From IMG/VR virus record IMGVR_UViG_3300032093_000081: 64,000 nucleotides of DNA; one strand, written 5' to 3'. The position numbers and the translations under genes are program-made. This DNA is from an uncultured virus (IMG/VR IMGVR_UViG_3300032093_000081) (lineage: Duplodnaviria; Heunggongvirae; Uroviricota; Caudoviricetes). The notes under the pieces are model-generated. The model was not told the DNA's origin and searched no databases. It saw nothing but the letters and a program-made list of their open reading frames with translations. Below, piece by piece: positions 1-9,171 of this stretch (position 1 is the stretch's first letter; every line of letters begins with the position of its first letter).

Positions 1-1
1 A

Positions 2-538
2 AATAACCCTGACGTTTACAAACACATTAATCCAGAAAACGAAGAATATGAAATACATTTTCAAGTACCTCTTTATTTTCAGCTTAATGGGGTGAAATGT
101 AAAGGATTGTGTGATGCAATCAAGATTTATAAGCAAACAAGAGAAGCTACAGTCGTGGATGTTAAGACTACCCGATATTCAGTAAGTAACTTCCCTTTGT
201 CATTCTTTCAGTTCAGATATGATTTTCAGGGAGCGTGGTATTGTTATGGGCTTGATTACGATGTAGAAACCAGAACACGTTTAAACATCAAAGATGTAGC
301 TTCAAAAGTAATTTTTGTCGTAGGCAGTTCTAAGTTTCCTGACCAATCTCTTGCTTATCATATGGAGGCTAATCTTGTTCATGCTGCAATGATTGGATAT
401 CCCTATAACGGAAAGCCAAAAGAAGGAATATACCGAGCATTAGAAAGATTTAGGTATCATTCTAAGATAGATAAGTGGGATTATAAAATGGAAGAATATG
501 AAGAGGGGTTTAATTTACATTTGAAACTAAATGGATAA
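2..538 (+). CDS. PD-(D/E)xK nuclease, RecB/exonuclease VIII-like (5'-partial)
   Basis: Frame is open from base 2, upstream of the listed GTG at 92. Motif KGLCD-x13-VDVKTT followed by YDFQGAWY matches the D...DxK...QxxxY pattern. Confidence 0.75.
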   Translation, partial: NNPDVYKHINPENEEYEIHFQVPLYFQLNGVKCKGLCDAIKIYKQTREATVVDVKTTRYSVSNFPLSFFQFRYDFQGAWYCYGLDYDVETRTRLNIKDVASKVIFVVGSSKFPDQSLAYHMEANLVHAAMIGYPYNGKPKEGIYRALERFRYHSKIDKWDYKMEEYEEGFNLHLKLNG

Positions 539-986
539 TCTTTCAACTAAGTACCTAAGTAAATTCATATTCACTGCTGATTCCTTAGAAGAATTGTTTG
601 ATACCGGACTTAACAAAGTCTACGTAGACGACTACGGAACAAAAGTAAAGTATGAGAATTGTCTTTTGTTTCTATTTTCGCCAGTAAGGTATCAGGCGGA
701 ACGAGAGCGCACAAACAACTTTGATTCGTTAATGGCTAAAATGTCTGAGTTTGATTCTTTTTACGATTATTACGAAGTCAAAGACCCATTTGACAGTACT
801 ATGGTAGTCTTTAATGTTCCTCCTACATTGATTACTGACTTCTTTCGATTCAAGAAAAGTGCCTATCAATCTTTAAGTGAACCTTGTTTAGACTTGTTAG
901 GACTTAGTTCTATTGACACCTATACTGTTCCTACTTTTCATATTGAGGAAGAAGTATATAGGTTCTCTCTTTTAAGCACTAAATAA
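531..986 (+). CDS. Hypothetical phage protein (151 aa)
   Basis: ATG start overlapping the upstream stop; no motif recognised. Confidence 0.7.
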   Translation: MDNLSTKYLSKFIFTADSLEELFDTGLNKVYVDDYGTKVKYENCLLFLFSPVRYQAERERTNNFDSLMAKMSEFDSFYDYYEVKDPFDSTMVVFNVPPTLITDFFRFKKSAYQSLSEPCLDLLGLSSIDTYTVPTFHIEEEVYRFSLLSTK

Positions 987-1016
987 AGAAGGCTTCCTAA
1001 ATAAGGAAGCCTTCTT
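986..1016. terminator. Hairpin between convergent genes (probable terminator)
   Basis: Perfect 13-bp inverted repeat AAGAAGGCTTCCT-aaata-AGGAAGCCTTCTT where the + and - genes meet. Confidence 0.7.
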
Positions 1017-1533
1017 CATTTTCATCAATTTTGTTATGTAGGTTAGCCTCTTGCACTATTTCTGTTAAAGTAGGGCTTTCATGCTCAGGGATATCTCCAA
1101 GATAAGTAGGAGGCTCTGGAGTATCTGAAGATTCTGAAGATTCTTCAGTAATAGAAATTTCTCCAAACTCAGCTACAGCTTCAGCATAGTCAGGAGCTTC
1201 TTCAATAACTTTATCAACGTCATAGTCACCCCCCAATTTAGATACTGTTGGACTTTCTATCGGTTCTTCTTTAAGAGATTCTTGCATTACTGGAGAATCT
1301 ACTGAAGGCGAAACTGGAGCGTTAAAAATTTGATTTGTTTCTTGTAACCTTTTAAGTATTTGCCCTCGTGCTTCTTGAGCCATTGCTACCAGAGTCATCA
1401 TGTCTCCAAGAGAGTAGCTGCCCATAGGACTAAGCACTAAATCTAAAATCTGGCTAAAGGCGCCAAACTCTGCCCCACTGATGTTTATCTGCGCATCAGG
1501 ATTCCAATAAACTTGTTGTTGGGATTGTTCCAT
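997..1533 (-). CDS. Hypothetical protein with acidic, low-complexity C-terminal half
   Basis: ATG at 1533 (MEQSQQQ) lies 6 nt after a TACTTTTG element; the C-terminal half is E/S/P-rich. Confidence 0.7.
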   Translation of the reverse strand: MEQSQQQVYWNPDAQINISGAEFGAFSQILDLVLSPMGSYSLGDMMTLVAMAQEARGQILKRLQETNQIFNAPVSPSVDSPVMQESLKEEPIESPTVSKLGGDYDVDKVIEEAPDYAEAVAEFGEISITEESSESSDTPEPPTYLGDIPEHESPTLTEIVQEANLHNKIDENEEGFLI

Positions 1534-1539
1534 ATCGCA

Positions 1540-1547
1540 CAAAAGTA
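1540..1547 (-). promoter_or_regulatory. Bacteroidetes-type -7 promoter element (TAnnTTTG)
   Basis: TACTTTTG on the minus strand, 6 nt before ATG 1533. Confidence 0.6.
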
Positions 1548-1572
1548 AAAAAACAATCTGTAATATTGCCCC

Positions 1573-1953
1573 ATGAATTCAACCAATCACCCAAATTTGT
1601 TTTACTACACGGTAGTAGTAAAAAGCCAGCATGAAGACGAAGTTGACATTGATTACCTTAATGGTAACAGTTTCAATTTATCTGATGTGCTTATGACCAG
1701 TCGTCCAAAAAATGACCCTGAAAAACTTGAAGTAATTCTTCGACACAACTTTGAAGAAATTGTTCCAGTTGACTACAAATACGAACCTTATATCAATCCT
1801 CAAACTAAGAAAAAAGAAATGAGGCCTGTAAAAGCTACTAAGTTTGAAGTAGTAAGCCAACCGGTAACAGTAGTGCTTACCTTAAAAGAAGATATTGAGC
1901 GATTCTTTAAAGCAACCTCAGCTCATTTTCTTCCGAGAGAAAACGCTTTCTAA
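1573..1953 (+). CDS. Hypothetical phage protein (126 aa)
   Basis: ATG preceded by TAATATTG (near-consensus -7 element) and followed by a terminator. Confidence 0.7.
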   Translation: MNSTNHPNLFYYTVVVKSQHEDEVDIDYLNGNSFNLSDVLMTSRPKNDPEKLEVILRHNFEEIVPVDYKYEPYINPQTKKKEMRPVKATKFEVVSQPVTVVLTLKEDIERFFKATSAHFLPRENAF

Positions 1954-1970
1954 GCTCCCCCTACTTTCAT

Positions 1971-1997
1971 AAAAGCTCCTTCGGGAGCTTTTTTTTT
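1971..1997 (+). terminator. Rho-independent terminator
   Basis: AAAAGCTCC-TTCG-GGAGCTTTTTTTTT: cUUCGg tetraloop hairpin plus long U tract. Confidence 0.9.
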
Positions 1998-2027
1998 GTT
2001 GTTCGGCATAATTCTAATTTATCTTTG
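1995..2027 (+). promoter_or_regulatory. Bacteroidetes-type promoter (-33 TTTG / -7 TAnnTTTG)
   Basis: TTTG at 1995-1998, 21-nt spacer, TATCTTTG at 2020-2027, ATG at 2033. Confidence 0.65.
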
Positions 2028-2032
2028 AATAA

Positions 2033-2401
2033 ATGTCTGATTTTCTTACACAAGAAGAGCTGTTATATTGGGTGAGGTTTTATGCCAAAAAAGGCATGAC
2101 CCCTCAGCTTCCAGCCGGATATGTCTTGGCATCTCCTCATGATGTTCAAGGAGTAGTTGCTTGGAGAAAATTAGATGCCGGATACATTTCTACTGGCGTA
2201 ATAGACCCAGACCGTTTAGGAACTGGAGGAGATGGAAGTGGAGGATTAGTACTTCATGACGATGGAACATGGAGACCTGCTGTAGGATGTCTTGAAATTG
2301 ACTGGGGATTACGAAGTGATGCTACAGTTCAATATGACTTAGGAAATAGGTTTGGATGTCTGTACATGGATTTTTGCAATCGTCTAAGCGGGTGTCCTTA
2401 A
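2033..2401 (+). CDS. Small fibre-associated structural protein (putative)
   Basis: Contains RLGTG...LHDDGTW, resembling the phage fibre motif RLGSG...LRGDGTW, and three DxGxR-like repeats at the C-terminus. Confidence 0.5.
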   Translation: MSDFLTQEELLYWVRFYAKKGMTPQLPAGYVLASPHDVQGVVAWRKLDAGYISTGVIDPDRLGTGGDGSGGLVLHDDGTWRPAVGCLEIDWGLRSDATVQYDLGNRFGCLYMDFCNRLSGCP

Positions 2402-2409
2402 AATGGCTT

Positions 2410-2417
2410 TATATTTG
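2410..2417 (+). promoter_or_regulatory. Bacteroidetes-type -7 promoter element
   Basis: TATATTTG 21 nt upstream of ATG 2439. Confidence 0.5.
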
Positions 2418-2438
2418 AAAAACTTTTAATCTTTAAAG

Positions 2439-5312
2439 ATGGGTTATTTAAAAGCTCCTAAGATAAACACCTCAGCAAGGTTAACAAGTGCTTGGGCTGC
2501 AAGTGAGCTTTTGTACGATACCGACTTAAATGTCTTCTTTAAAGGAGACGGAGTTACAACAGGAGGAGTAAGACTAGCAGAAGGAGATTTAGCAAGTGTT
2601 TTAAGTATCATAAGTGCGTTGGAAGCCAGAGTGAGTGCATTAAGTGCCACTCCTGCAGGTGTTTCAGTTACTTCTAATGAGCTTTCTATTGTTGTAGCAA
2701 ATGCTTCATCTAATCTTAGGTCAGTAATTAACGTAGTTTCTAATGCTGTTAGCGCAAATAATGCGGCACGAGTATCAGCAGACAATGCATTATCTAATGC
2801 TATTAGTGTGGTATCTAACGCACTTAGCGTAGAAACACAAACTAGATCTGGACAAATTGCATCAATTAACTCTGTAGTTTCAAATCTTAAATCTATTGTA
2901 AGTTCATTAGCCGGAGCATCTGTTACTTCCGCAGAACTTGTTTCAGTTTTATCTATAGTAAATAATAATCAATCTGTTTTAGGAACTCAAGTAAGTCTTC
3001 TTTCTCTTCAAGTTGTTTCTGCGATTAATGTAGTTAGTAACGCTATCAGCGCAGAAACAGCCGCTAGAATATCTGCAGATAACAATCTTTCAAATCAAAT
3101 AAGTAATGCGCTTTCTATACTTAACGCTCTTAATCTTAGCAAAGTAGCAAGTGTTGGAGCATCAACAAGTTTAGAAATTCAAACAAGTGGAATAAAAACT
3201 CCACACGTTCAGTTTAACCCTGCAGTAAGTTCCCCAACAACTTCTATTTATAGTCTTACAAAAGACCCTGACTTTAATCTTTTAAACTACCAAGTACTTA
3301 GTGTATTAGGAGTAAAACTTGCGTTGGATGATGTTTGGACTGTAAAAAACCAAACTGGTGTAAATATTCCTAAAGGCACTCCTGTAATGTCAGTTGGTAC
3401 TTTAGGCTCATCAGGAAGAATCTTAATTGATAAAATGGTGGCAGATGGAAGCGTCAGCCCTATTTATCTTTTAGGAGTAACCGCAGAAGCTATTCCTAAT
3501 GGAGCAGATGGAATATGTTTACGAAAAGGTAAAATTATAAAACATAATACTTCTACTTGGCCAAATGGTACGGTATTGTATTGTGACCCAGCTACTCCAG
3601 GAGGATTTACTTCATCTGTTCCAACAGCCCCTAATCTTAAACTTCCTATTGCTTTTGTAGTTAATTCTGATACTACTAACGGAGTACTAGCAATTAGAAT
3701 TACAGAAGGAGCAAGATTAAGAGATGACCATGATGTTCAGTTTACTTCTACAATCTCAAATGGAGATTTAATTGCTTATAACCTATCAGCAAATAGGTGG
3801 GAAAATTTTAGTCCTAATTACGCCACTTCTAATCAATTAAGTGCTGTATCAGCTCAGGCAGCCTCAGCAATTAATGTAGTATCAAATGCATTAAGTGTAG
3901 AAACACAAGCTAGAATATCTAGTCATACTGCTCTTTCAAATACTGTATCTAATTTAGCCTCTGCAGTTAATGCTTTATCTGCGGCTGCAGGAAACTCAGT
4001 AACTTCTGCAGAAGTTGTTCAAGTACTAAGCAATGCGCTGTCTGCAGTAAATGTAGTTTCTAATGCTCTCTCTTTAGAGATTGCTAGCCGAATAAGCGCA
4101 GATAATGCAATATCTAATGCTGTTTCTGTAATAAGCGTAGCTCTTGCAAATGAAACATCTGCTCGAGCCGCTGCAGATACAAACATACTTAGTATCATTT
4201 CAGTACTAGAGGCAAGAGTAAGTGCAAACTCAGGAACCGGAGGATCTGGCTCAGTAACTTCTACTGAGTTAAGTGCTGTTAGTGCCCAAGCACAATCTGC
4301 CATTAACGTAGTTAGTAATGCAGTTTCAATTGTTAGTGTAGCTGCAGCAAATGCTTTATCTGTTGCTAACAATGCTTTAAATCAAACTAGTGTTTTATCT
4401 GATAGGATTTCTCAAGAAATTTTTAATAGAAATTCTGCTATAAACGCACTTAGTGTTCAAATTGCTAATACCCTTTCTATAGCCAATGCTGCTTCTAACG
4501 CAGCAAGTATTGTTAGTGTTGCTCTGGCTAATGAACTTTCAGTAAGAGCCGCTGCTGACAACAATATTCTTAGCATTATTTCGGTGCTTGAAGCTAGAGT
4601 AAGCGCAAACTCTGGGACTGGAGGAATAGCATCTGTTACCTCTAATGAGCTTTCAATCGCTTTAAATATTTCTGTATTTAATACAGCCGGAACATCAGTC
4701 CGAGGATTACAAAGTGTAATTAATGCGCTCTCTAATAAAATTTCTACTCTCTGTGCGCTAGCTAGTAACTCAGTTACTTCGGCAGAAGTAGCACAAGGAT
4801 TAAGTGTAGTATCTGCACAAGCAGCTAGTGCCATCAGCGTAGTAAATTCGAGACTTAATATTGTTTCCGCAAGAAATACTTCTGCAATTTCAGTAGAAGG
4901 ACTTCAAAGTGTCATTGATGCTCTTTCAAATAGAATTTCAGTAGTTTCTAGTTTAGGAGGCGGCGGTAACACCCAAATATACATTGACCAAACGCCAGAC
5001 AATGGGGCTTATGGGTTATTGAGCGGCTCAATAAATGGCACGAATACAGTATTTACTGTCTCGCAATCCGTGTATATTAGTGGCACATTAGTAGTGGCAT
5101 TAGATGGAATCGTTCTGACGCAAGGCACATCGCAGGATTTTACGGAAACCACGCCCGGATCCGGCACGTTCACTCTAAGTTTTGCCCCGCCTACCGGTTC
5201 AGTCCTTACGTGCTGGTATAATAAAACAATAGTGGTAGGGGCCAACTTCACAGCAGGCACAGCCGCACCGTCAGGCGGAAATGACGGAGACATATATCTT
5301 CAATACACATAA
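2439..5312 (+). CDS. Ser/Ala/Val/Asn-rich coiled-coil tail or head fibre protein (957 aa)
   Basis: N-terminal ELLYDTDLNVFFKGDGVTTGG resembles the Mtd_N/hyaluronidase N-terminal fibre motif. Repeated INVVSNALSxExxARISADN coils, a central beta domain (VKNQTG...KGTPV...LYCDP) and a C-terminal APSGGNDGDIYLQY motif. Confidence 0.8.
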   Translation: MGYLKAPKINTSARLTSAWAASELLYDTDLNVFFKGDGVTTGGVRLAEGDLASVLSIISALEARVSALSATPAGVSVTSNELSIVVANASSNLRSVINVVSNAVSANNAARVSADNALSNAISVVSNALSVETQTRSGQIASINSVVSNLKSIVSSLAGASVTSAELVSVLSIVNNNQSVLGTQVSLLSLQVVSAINVVSNAISAETAARISADNNLSNQISNALSILNALNLSKVASVGASTSLEIQTSGIKTPHVQFNPAVSSPTTSIYSLTKDPDFNLLNYQVLSVLGVKLALDDVWTVKNQTGVNIPKGTPVMSVGTLGSSGRILIDKMVADGSVSPIYLLGVTAEAIPNGADGICLRKGKIIKHNTSTWPNGTVLYCDPATPGGFTSSVPTAPNLKLPIAFVVNSDTTNGVLAIRITEGARLRDDHDVQFTSTISNGDLIAYNLSANRWENFSPNYATSNQLSAVSAQAASAINVVSNALSVETQARISSHTALSNTVSNLASAVNALSAAAGNSVTSAEVVQVLSNALSAVNVVSNALSLEIASRISADNAISNAVSVISVALANETSARAAADTNILSIISVLEARVSANSGTGGSGSVTSTELSAVSAQAQSAINVVSNAVSIVSVAAANALSVANNALNQTSVLSDRISQEIFNRNSAINALSVQIANTLSIANAASNAASIVSVALANELSVRAAADNNILSIISVLEARVSANSGTGGIASVTSNELSIALNISVFNTAGTSVRGLQSVINALSNKISTLCALASNSVTSAEVAQGLSVVSAQAASAISVVNSRLNIVSARNTSAISVEGLQSVIDALSNRISVVSSLGGGGNTQIYIDQTPDNGAYGLLSGSINGTNTVFTVSQSVYISGTLVVALDGIVLTQGTSQDFTETTPGSGTFTLSFAPPTGSVLTCWYNKTIVVGANFTAGTAAPSGGNDGDIYLQYT
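2598..4950 (+). repeat. Degenerate coding repeats within the fibre gene
   Basis: LSIISxLEARVSA occurs three times (~2600, ~4190, ~4570), followed by NSGTGG in the last two. SVTSxE, INVVSNA and GLQSVIxALSN also recur. Confidence 0.8.
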
Positions 5313-5315
5313 GCA

Positions 5316-6170
5316 ATGGCAGCAATAACAGATTTATCCGACTCGATTAACCGCTTAACCGGCGGCAATAGCGGTACGCCTGAAAGCCTATTTTTCCACA
5401 AGGTTCCCCGTGTGTCTGGAGCGGTTGCCACCGCTCCGATTGCGGGGCGGGCCGCATCACTATGGACATACGATGGCTATCCGGCGGGAGGTGCTGTGCC
5501 AACTTCTGCGGCTATCCCTACGCTATCAACACAGGGATCATTGCCATTTACAGCACCCGGCGGGAGCCGCGAGAAATTTATGCTGTCGGCTGGGATTGCT
5601 CCCAATGTGGGAGGCGTGTTCCTGCTATACGACCGGTTGTTTCATATAGGCGGGCTGAGTGGATCGCTTAACACAGCGCAGACGGTGCAGGGTACTACAC
5701 CTACACCAGCACTGACACGTAACACTGGCGGCGTAGGTAATTTCGCGTTTTACGAAATTTACACCATAATAGGTACGACAGCTGCAACCCTGACGATGAC
5801 CTATACTGACCAAGACGGAAACACGGGCCAAACCTCGACAATCAACATAGGCGCTACAGGCTTCCGCGAAGTTACGCGGGCACAACGCATTCCTTTGGCG
5901 GCTGGCGATAGCGGACTAAGGGCTGTTGCATCTGTTCAATTATCAGGAGCCTCAGGCACAGGCACAGCAGGAAATTTCGGAATAACAATCGCCCAGCCCA
6001 TTGCGTGGATTCCTATCGGAACAGGCGGTGCAGGTGGATGGCGAGATTATACGACCGGGTTGCCGGGTATTCCGTCAATAAATCCTGACGCCTGCCTTTC
6101 TCTGCTGTTTATCCCATCTACCGGAACCGCTCCTGAATTGTGGGGTGCTGCAACCTTTATCGAAAAGTAA
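5316..6170 (+). CDS. Gly/Thr/Ala-rich beta-structured virion protein, paralog 1
   Basis: Shares TYTDQxG...PLxAGDxGxR...GTAGNxGI with the next gene. Confidence 0.7.
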   Translation: MAAITDLSDSINRLTGGNSGTPESLFFHKVPRVSGAVATAPIAGRAASLWTYDGYPAGGAVPTSAAIPTLSTQGSLPFTAPGGSREKFMLSAGIAPNVGGVFLLYDRLFHIGGLSGSLNTAQTVQGTTPTPALTRNTGGVGNFAFYEIYTIIGTTAATLTMTYTDQDGNTGQTSTINIGATGFREVTRAQRIPLAAGDSGLRAVASVQLSGASGTGTAGNFGITIAQPIAWIPIGTGGAGGWRDYTTGLPGIPSINPDACLSLLFIPSTGTAPELWGAATFIEK

Positions 6171-6171
6171 C

Positions 6172-6978
6172 ATGGCATTCACGGACTTTGACGCATACCT
6201 TTCCGCGCTCAGTGCAAACCAAGGCGCAGACTTTCAGTCGGGGGCGATAGCCTCGCGTAACGCGCTTCGATATTCCGCGCTGCCACTGCTTCCAACTCCC
6301 ACCACTCCGACTACATCAGTGGCCTGCGATAAGACATCAACTTTCGCAATCAATGCATTCATTGCAGATGGGGGTAGCGGCAGGCTGTCTGTGCTGGGTG
6401 CGAGTATAAGCCCAAGCGGAGCATCCGGTGTGATGCTGATGCTTGTGGACATCCTTAATATCAGCGGCGGCATGAGCGGAACAGTTACCGGCTCACAAAC
6501 GACAGGTTTGCCGACCGCTGCTCTGACACGCTACACAGACGGTGTCGGTGTTCATGCGGCGATAATTGGACACGTAGGCGTTGGGGCGACAGCAACAACC
6601 GTCACGGCGACTTATACCAATCAGTCCGGTACTGGTTCTCGCATTACAACGGCCACGGAGATCGGAGCCAACTATCGAGACCCAGGCTTTTTGATTCGCC
6701 TTCCATTGCAGGCCGGCGATACAGGTATGAGGTCTGTTGAAAACATAAACATCGTAGCAACAACAGGCACTGCCGGAAATATCGGCATTGTCATGTACAA
6801 GCCACTGGCGATGTTCTTTGCAAACGATGTTGAAGGTGCCAATATAATTGACTGCATTTCAACAGGTCGCATGGTAGGTCAATTTAACGAGGTATTGGAC
6901 AATGCCTGCCTGTCATTGTTCGCTGTTACACCGAGCGTACAGGCCGTGTCCGGGGCTATAATTTTAGGAGAAGCGTAA
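6172..6978 (+). CDS. Gly/Thr/Ala-rich beta-structured virion protein, paralog 2
   Basis: ATG at 6172 directly after the upstream stop; contains TYTNQSG...PLQAGDTGMR...GTAGNIGI. Confidence 0.7.
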   Translation: MAFTDFDAYLSALSANQGADFQSGAIASRNALRYSALPLLPTPTTPTTSVACDKTSTFAINAFIADGGSGRLSVLGASISPSGASGVMLMLVDILNISGGMSGTVTGSQTTGLPTAALTRYTDGVGVHAAIIGHVGVGATATTVTATYTNQSGTGSRITTATEIGANYRDPGFLIRLPLQAGDTGMRSVENINIVATTGTAGNIGIVMYKPLAMFFANDVEGANIIDCISTGRMVGQFNEVLDNACLSLFAVTPSVQAVSGAIILGEA

Positions 6979-7176
6979 ATGGCGAGCAGGAGATTATTTG
7001 ACGGTGCGCAAATCGAGATAAAATCAATCCCGATTGTAGGTCAGGCCGCTGCACCATCCGCTGTATTTTACATCAAAGTATCAGGGGTGTGGAAACAAGC
7101 AATCACATGGATAAAAGTATCGGGTGTTTGGAAACAAGCAACACCTTACGTTAAAATTGGAGGACAATTCAGATGA
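6979..7176 (+). CDS. Small protein with [YW]IKVSGVWKQA repeats (fibre-associated)
   Basis: About 2.5 tandem 13-aa (39-nt) repeats; abuts both neighbouring genes. Confidence 0.7.
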   Translation: MASRRLFDGAQIEIKSIPIVGQAAAPSAVFYIKVSGVWKQAITWIKVSGVWKQATPYVKIGGQFR

Positions 7177-8348
7177 GCTTATTTTCACGCATAAAACCTT
7201 GGGCACTTTATCAAGTGCAAGAAGCCAGACTATTAGGACGAGGTGCAGGCTCAGGCACAGGCGATGCCGTGCCAATAGAGCTTGGCACAGGTCTGAGCAT
7301 GACTGGCAATACTTTGAATGCGAGTTCCGGCGGCGGTACGGTACTTTCACCTGCGCAGCTGACCGCTTGGCAGAATGACTACAACCCCTCGTCATGGGGC
7401 AGCGGTGTGCAGACACTTCGCATAGACAGCAACAGCAGTTATAACTTTCTAACAGGTTTGACCGCAACAACGGGCGGCCATCGTGTAAAGCTGCTGAACA
7501 TCGGTACGTATTCATTCGGATTGCAAGATGATGAGGATGCCAGCACAGCGGCTAACCGCTTCGCCTTCGGCGGACAGGATATTGTGGTATTGCCCGGTCG
7601 CATGGTGGAACTTGAATACGATGGAACTTCCTCACGATGGCGGCTGGCTTCAGCGTACCACATCAGCTTTGAGGAGCCGGAATATGTCACCAACATCGAA
7701 CTGCGTTACCCGCAGACAATGAGCGGTATTTCTAATGCCCTGAACGCATGGCCATTCTATGTGGACGGCGCGGGAACACGTACTATTCAAAGTGTTGAAA
7801 CAACAGGATTCCGCGGGCGGTGGGGTGTCATGGCCCTCGGAATATCCAATGCGGACAGGAGTGGGTATTATTCCGACAACACCTCATTCAGTTTTAACGA
7901 TGGCACGTCGTTCGGCTATCACTTTTACGAAACAACTGTACGATTTGAGGATTTAAGCACCTCAACAGAACGTTACATTGCGCTAATCGGCTTCCTCGAC
8001 AGCACGACAGGCACAATCGGTGACGGTGTGCATTTGGAATATTCCGACAACATAAACTCAGGACAATGGGCATTTTACGCGACCGATAACACCAGCGTAA
8101 CGACTGCCAACAGCACATCGGCGGTTGCGGCTGACACATGGTATCGGATACGCATTGTGGTGTACCCTAACGGCACGGCGAAGGCTTATGTGAACGGAAC
8201 TATGATTGCGGAAATCACATCAGGATTGCCCGGTGCAGGACGCGGATTCGCTGTGTACACAGGATTTCGCAAGACAGCGGGAACAACCGCTCGCATCATG
8301 TATTTGAATTACATTAAAGCCACTAATGTTGCATCATCTGGTAGATAA
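7173..8348 (+). CDS. Putative receptor-binding/fibre protein with C-terminal lectin-like beta-sandwich
   Basis: N-terminal RLLGRGAGSGTG...LGTGLSMTGNTLNA fibre motif; C-terminal TWYRIRIVVYPNGTAKAYVNG is typical of ConA-like jelly-rolls. Confidence 0.6.
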   Translation: MSLFSRIKPWALYQVQEARLLGRGAGSGTGDAVPIELGTGLSMTGNTLNASSGGGTVLSPAQLTAWQNDYNPSSWGSGVQTLRIDSNSSYNFLTGLTATTGGHRVKLLNIGTYSFGLQDDEDASTAANRFAFGGQDIVVLPGRMVELEYDGTSSRWRLASAYHISFEEPEYVTNIELRYPQTMSGISNALNAWPFYVDGAGTRTIQSVETTGFRGRWGVMALGISNADRSGYYSDNTSFSFNDGTSFGYHFYETTVRFEDLSTSTERYIALIGFLDSTTGTIGDGVHLEYSDNINSGQWAFYATDNTSVTTANSTSAVAADTWYRIRIVVYPNGTAKAYVNGTMIAEITSGLPGAGRGFAVYTGFRKTAGTTARIMYLNYIKATNVASSGR

Positions 8349-8353
8349 AAAAA

Positions 8354-8611
8354 ATGAGCAAAATCAATATAACTCCGGTAAAAATGGGCCTTTCGCTCGG
8401 CGAGGCCACATCGATTTCCATCAGCGTAAATTACACCCTGACCACGACCGATGTAACGCTGCAATGCCATGTGTATAATGCACACGGCGCGGTGTTGAAT
8501 GTGTCACCTATTCACCTCGATGTGCCTCCGGATGTGCTGGCAACATGGGGTATGGACTTCAGTCCGGTGATTGAGTGGGTTTTTGAAAAACTGAACTTGA
8601 CAAAGGCATGA
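8354..8611 (+). CDS. Small phage protein following fibre genes (possible assembly chaperone)
   Basis: 85 aa; position after the fibre genes; ATGA overlap with the holin. Confidence 0.5.
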   Translation: MSKINITPVKMGLSLGEATSISISVNYTLTTTDVTLQCHVYNAHGAVLNVSPIHLDVPPDVLATWGMDFSPVIEWVFEKLNLTKA

Positions 8612-9084
8612 CTAGCGAAAGCAAAGTACTGGCATACATTGCCCTGCCTCCGATCGCGGTGTACCTAACAGCGGCGGGAATTGAACTGAAGTTAGTGTAC
8701 GGATTGGCTGCGGTCATGTTCCTGGACATCCTCACGGCAATTATCATGTGGCTACGCATTGACCCTAGCAAGATTAAAAGCCGGGTATTGAAGAACGGAT
8801 TAACCGAAAAGTTTGCATCGCTGATACCTGCGATAATTTGTTTTATCGTGCTTTTGAGTATCGATCGGGACGCATCGGCCTTGGTTAATGGCTACCTTAC
8901 CATCCTATTAATTGCTGAAGGTTACAGCGCAATAAGCAACGCTCACAACGCCTACACGCGGGAACACAAAGAGGAATTTGATGCAGTCAGCGCGGTTCTT
9001 GCAGCGGCAAGGAAAAGGATATTTAATCTGCTTCAGAAATTAATACGTAGCTTTGTTGATGATGAGCAGCCTCCGAAAAAATAA
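8608..9084 (+). CDS. Phage holin (holin_4-like)
   Basis: Several hydrophobic segments with DILTA...IKSRVLKNGLTEK...EGYSAISN, immediately upstream of the endolysin. Confidence 0.75.
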   Translation: MTSESKVLAYIALPPIAVYLTAAGIELKLVYGLAAVMFLDILTAIIMWLRIDPSKIKSRVLKNGLTEKFASLIPAIICFIVLLSIDRDASALVNGYLTILLIAEGYSAISNAHNAYTREHKEEFDAVSAVLAAARKRIFNLLQKLIRSFVDDEQPPKK

Positions 9085-9171
9085 AAGCCACAAACGGGGC
9101 AGGCAGCGGGAGTATAGAATTAGGCTGCTGATGATGAAGAACAATCGTAAATTTATTGAACTTTTAAAGCG

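Larger units (their letters stand above)
4955..9130 (+). mobile_element. GC-rich, probably horizontally acquired segment (fibre tip, accessory genes, holin)
   Basis: Abrupt composition shift: 42/60 G+C in line 5401-5460 versus 15/60 in line 4381-4440, with G/C-ending codons. It begins inside the fibre ORF at a Gly linker. No integrase or transposase is present, and the boundaries are approximate. Confidence 0.65.

Noticed and set aside
7069..7165. 39-nt tandem repeat as a CRISPR array or DGR repeat
   Set aside because: Repeats are in-frame, differ mainly at synonymous sites and have no spacers; no cas or reverse transcriptase gene is in the window.
2444..8771. Many short antisense and alternate-frame ORFs over the fibre gene and GC island
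   Set aside because: They are shadows of repetitive or GC-rich coding sequence and lie within better-supported genes.
4955..9130. Island as an autonomous mobile element
   Set aside because: No integrase, transposase or convincing terminal repeats; recombinational module exchange is the simpler explanation.
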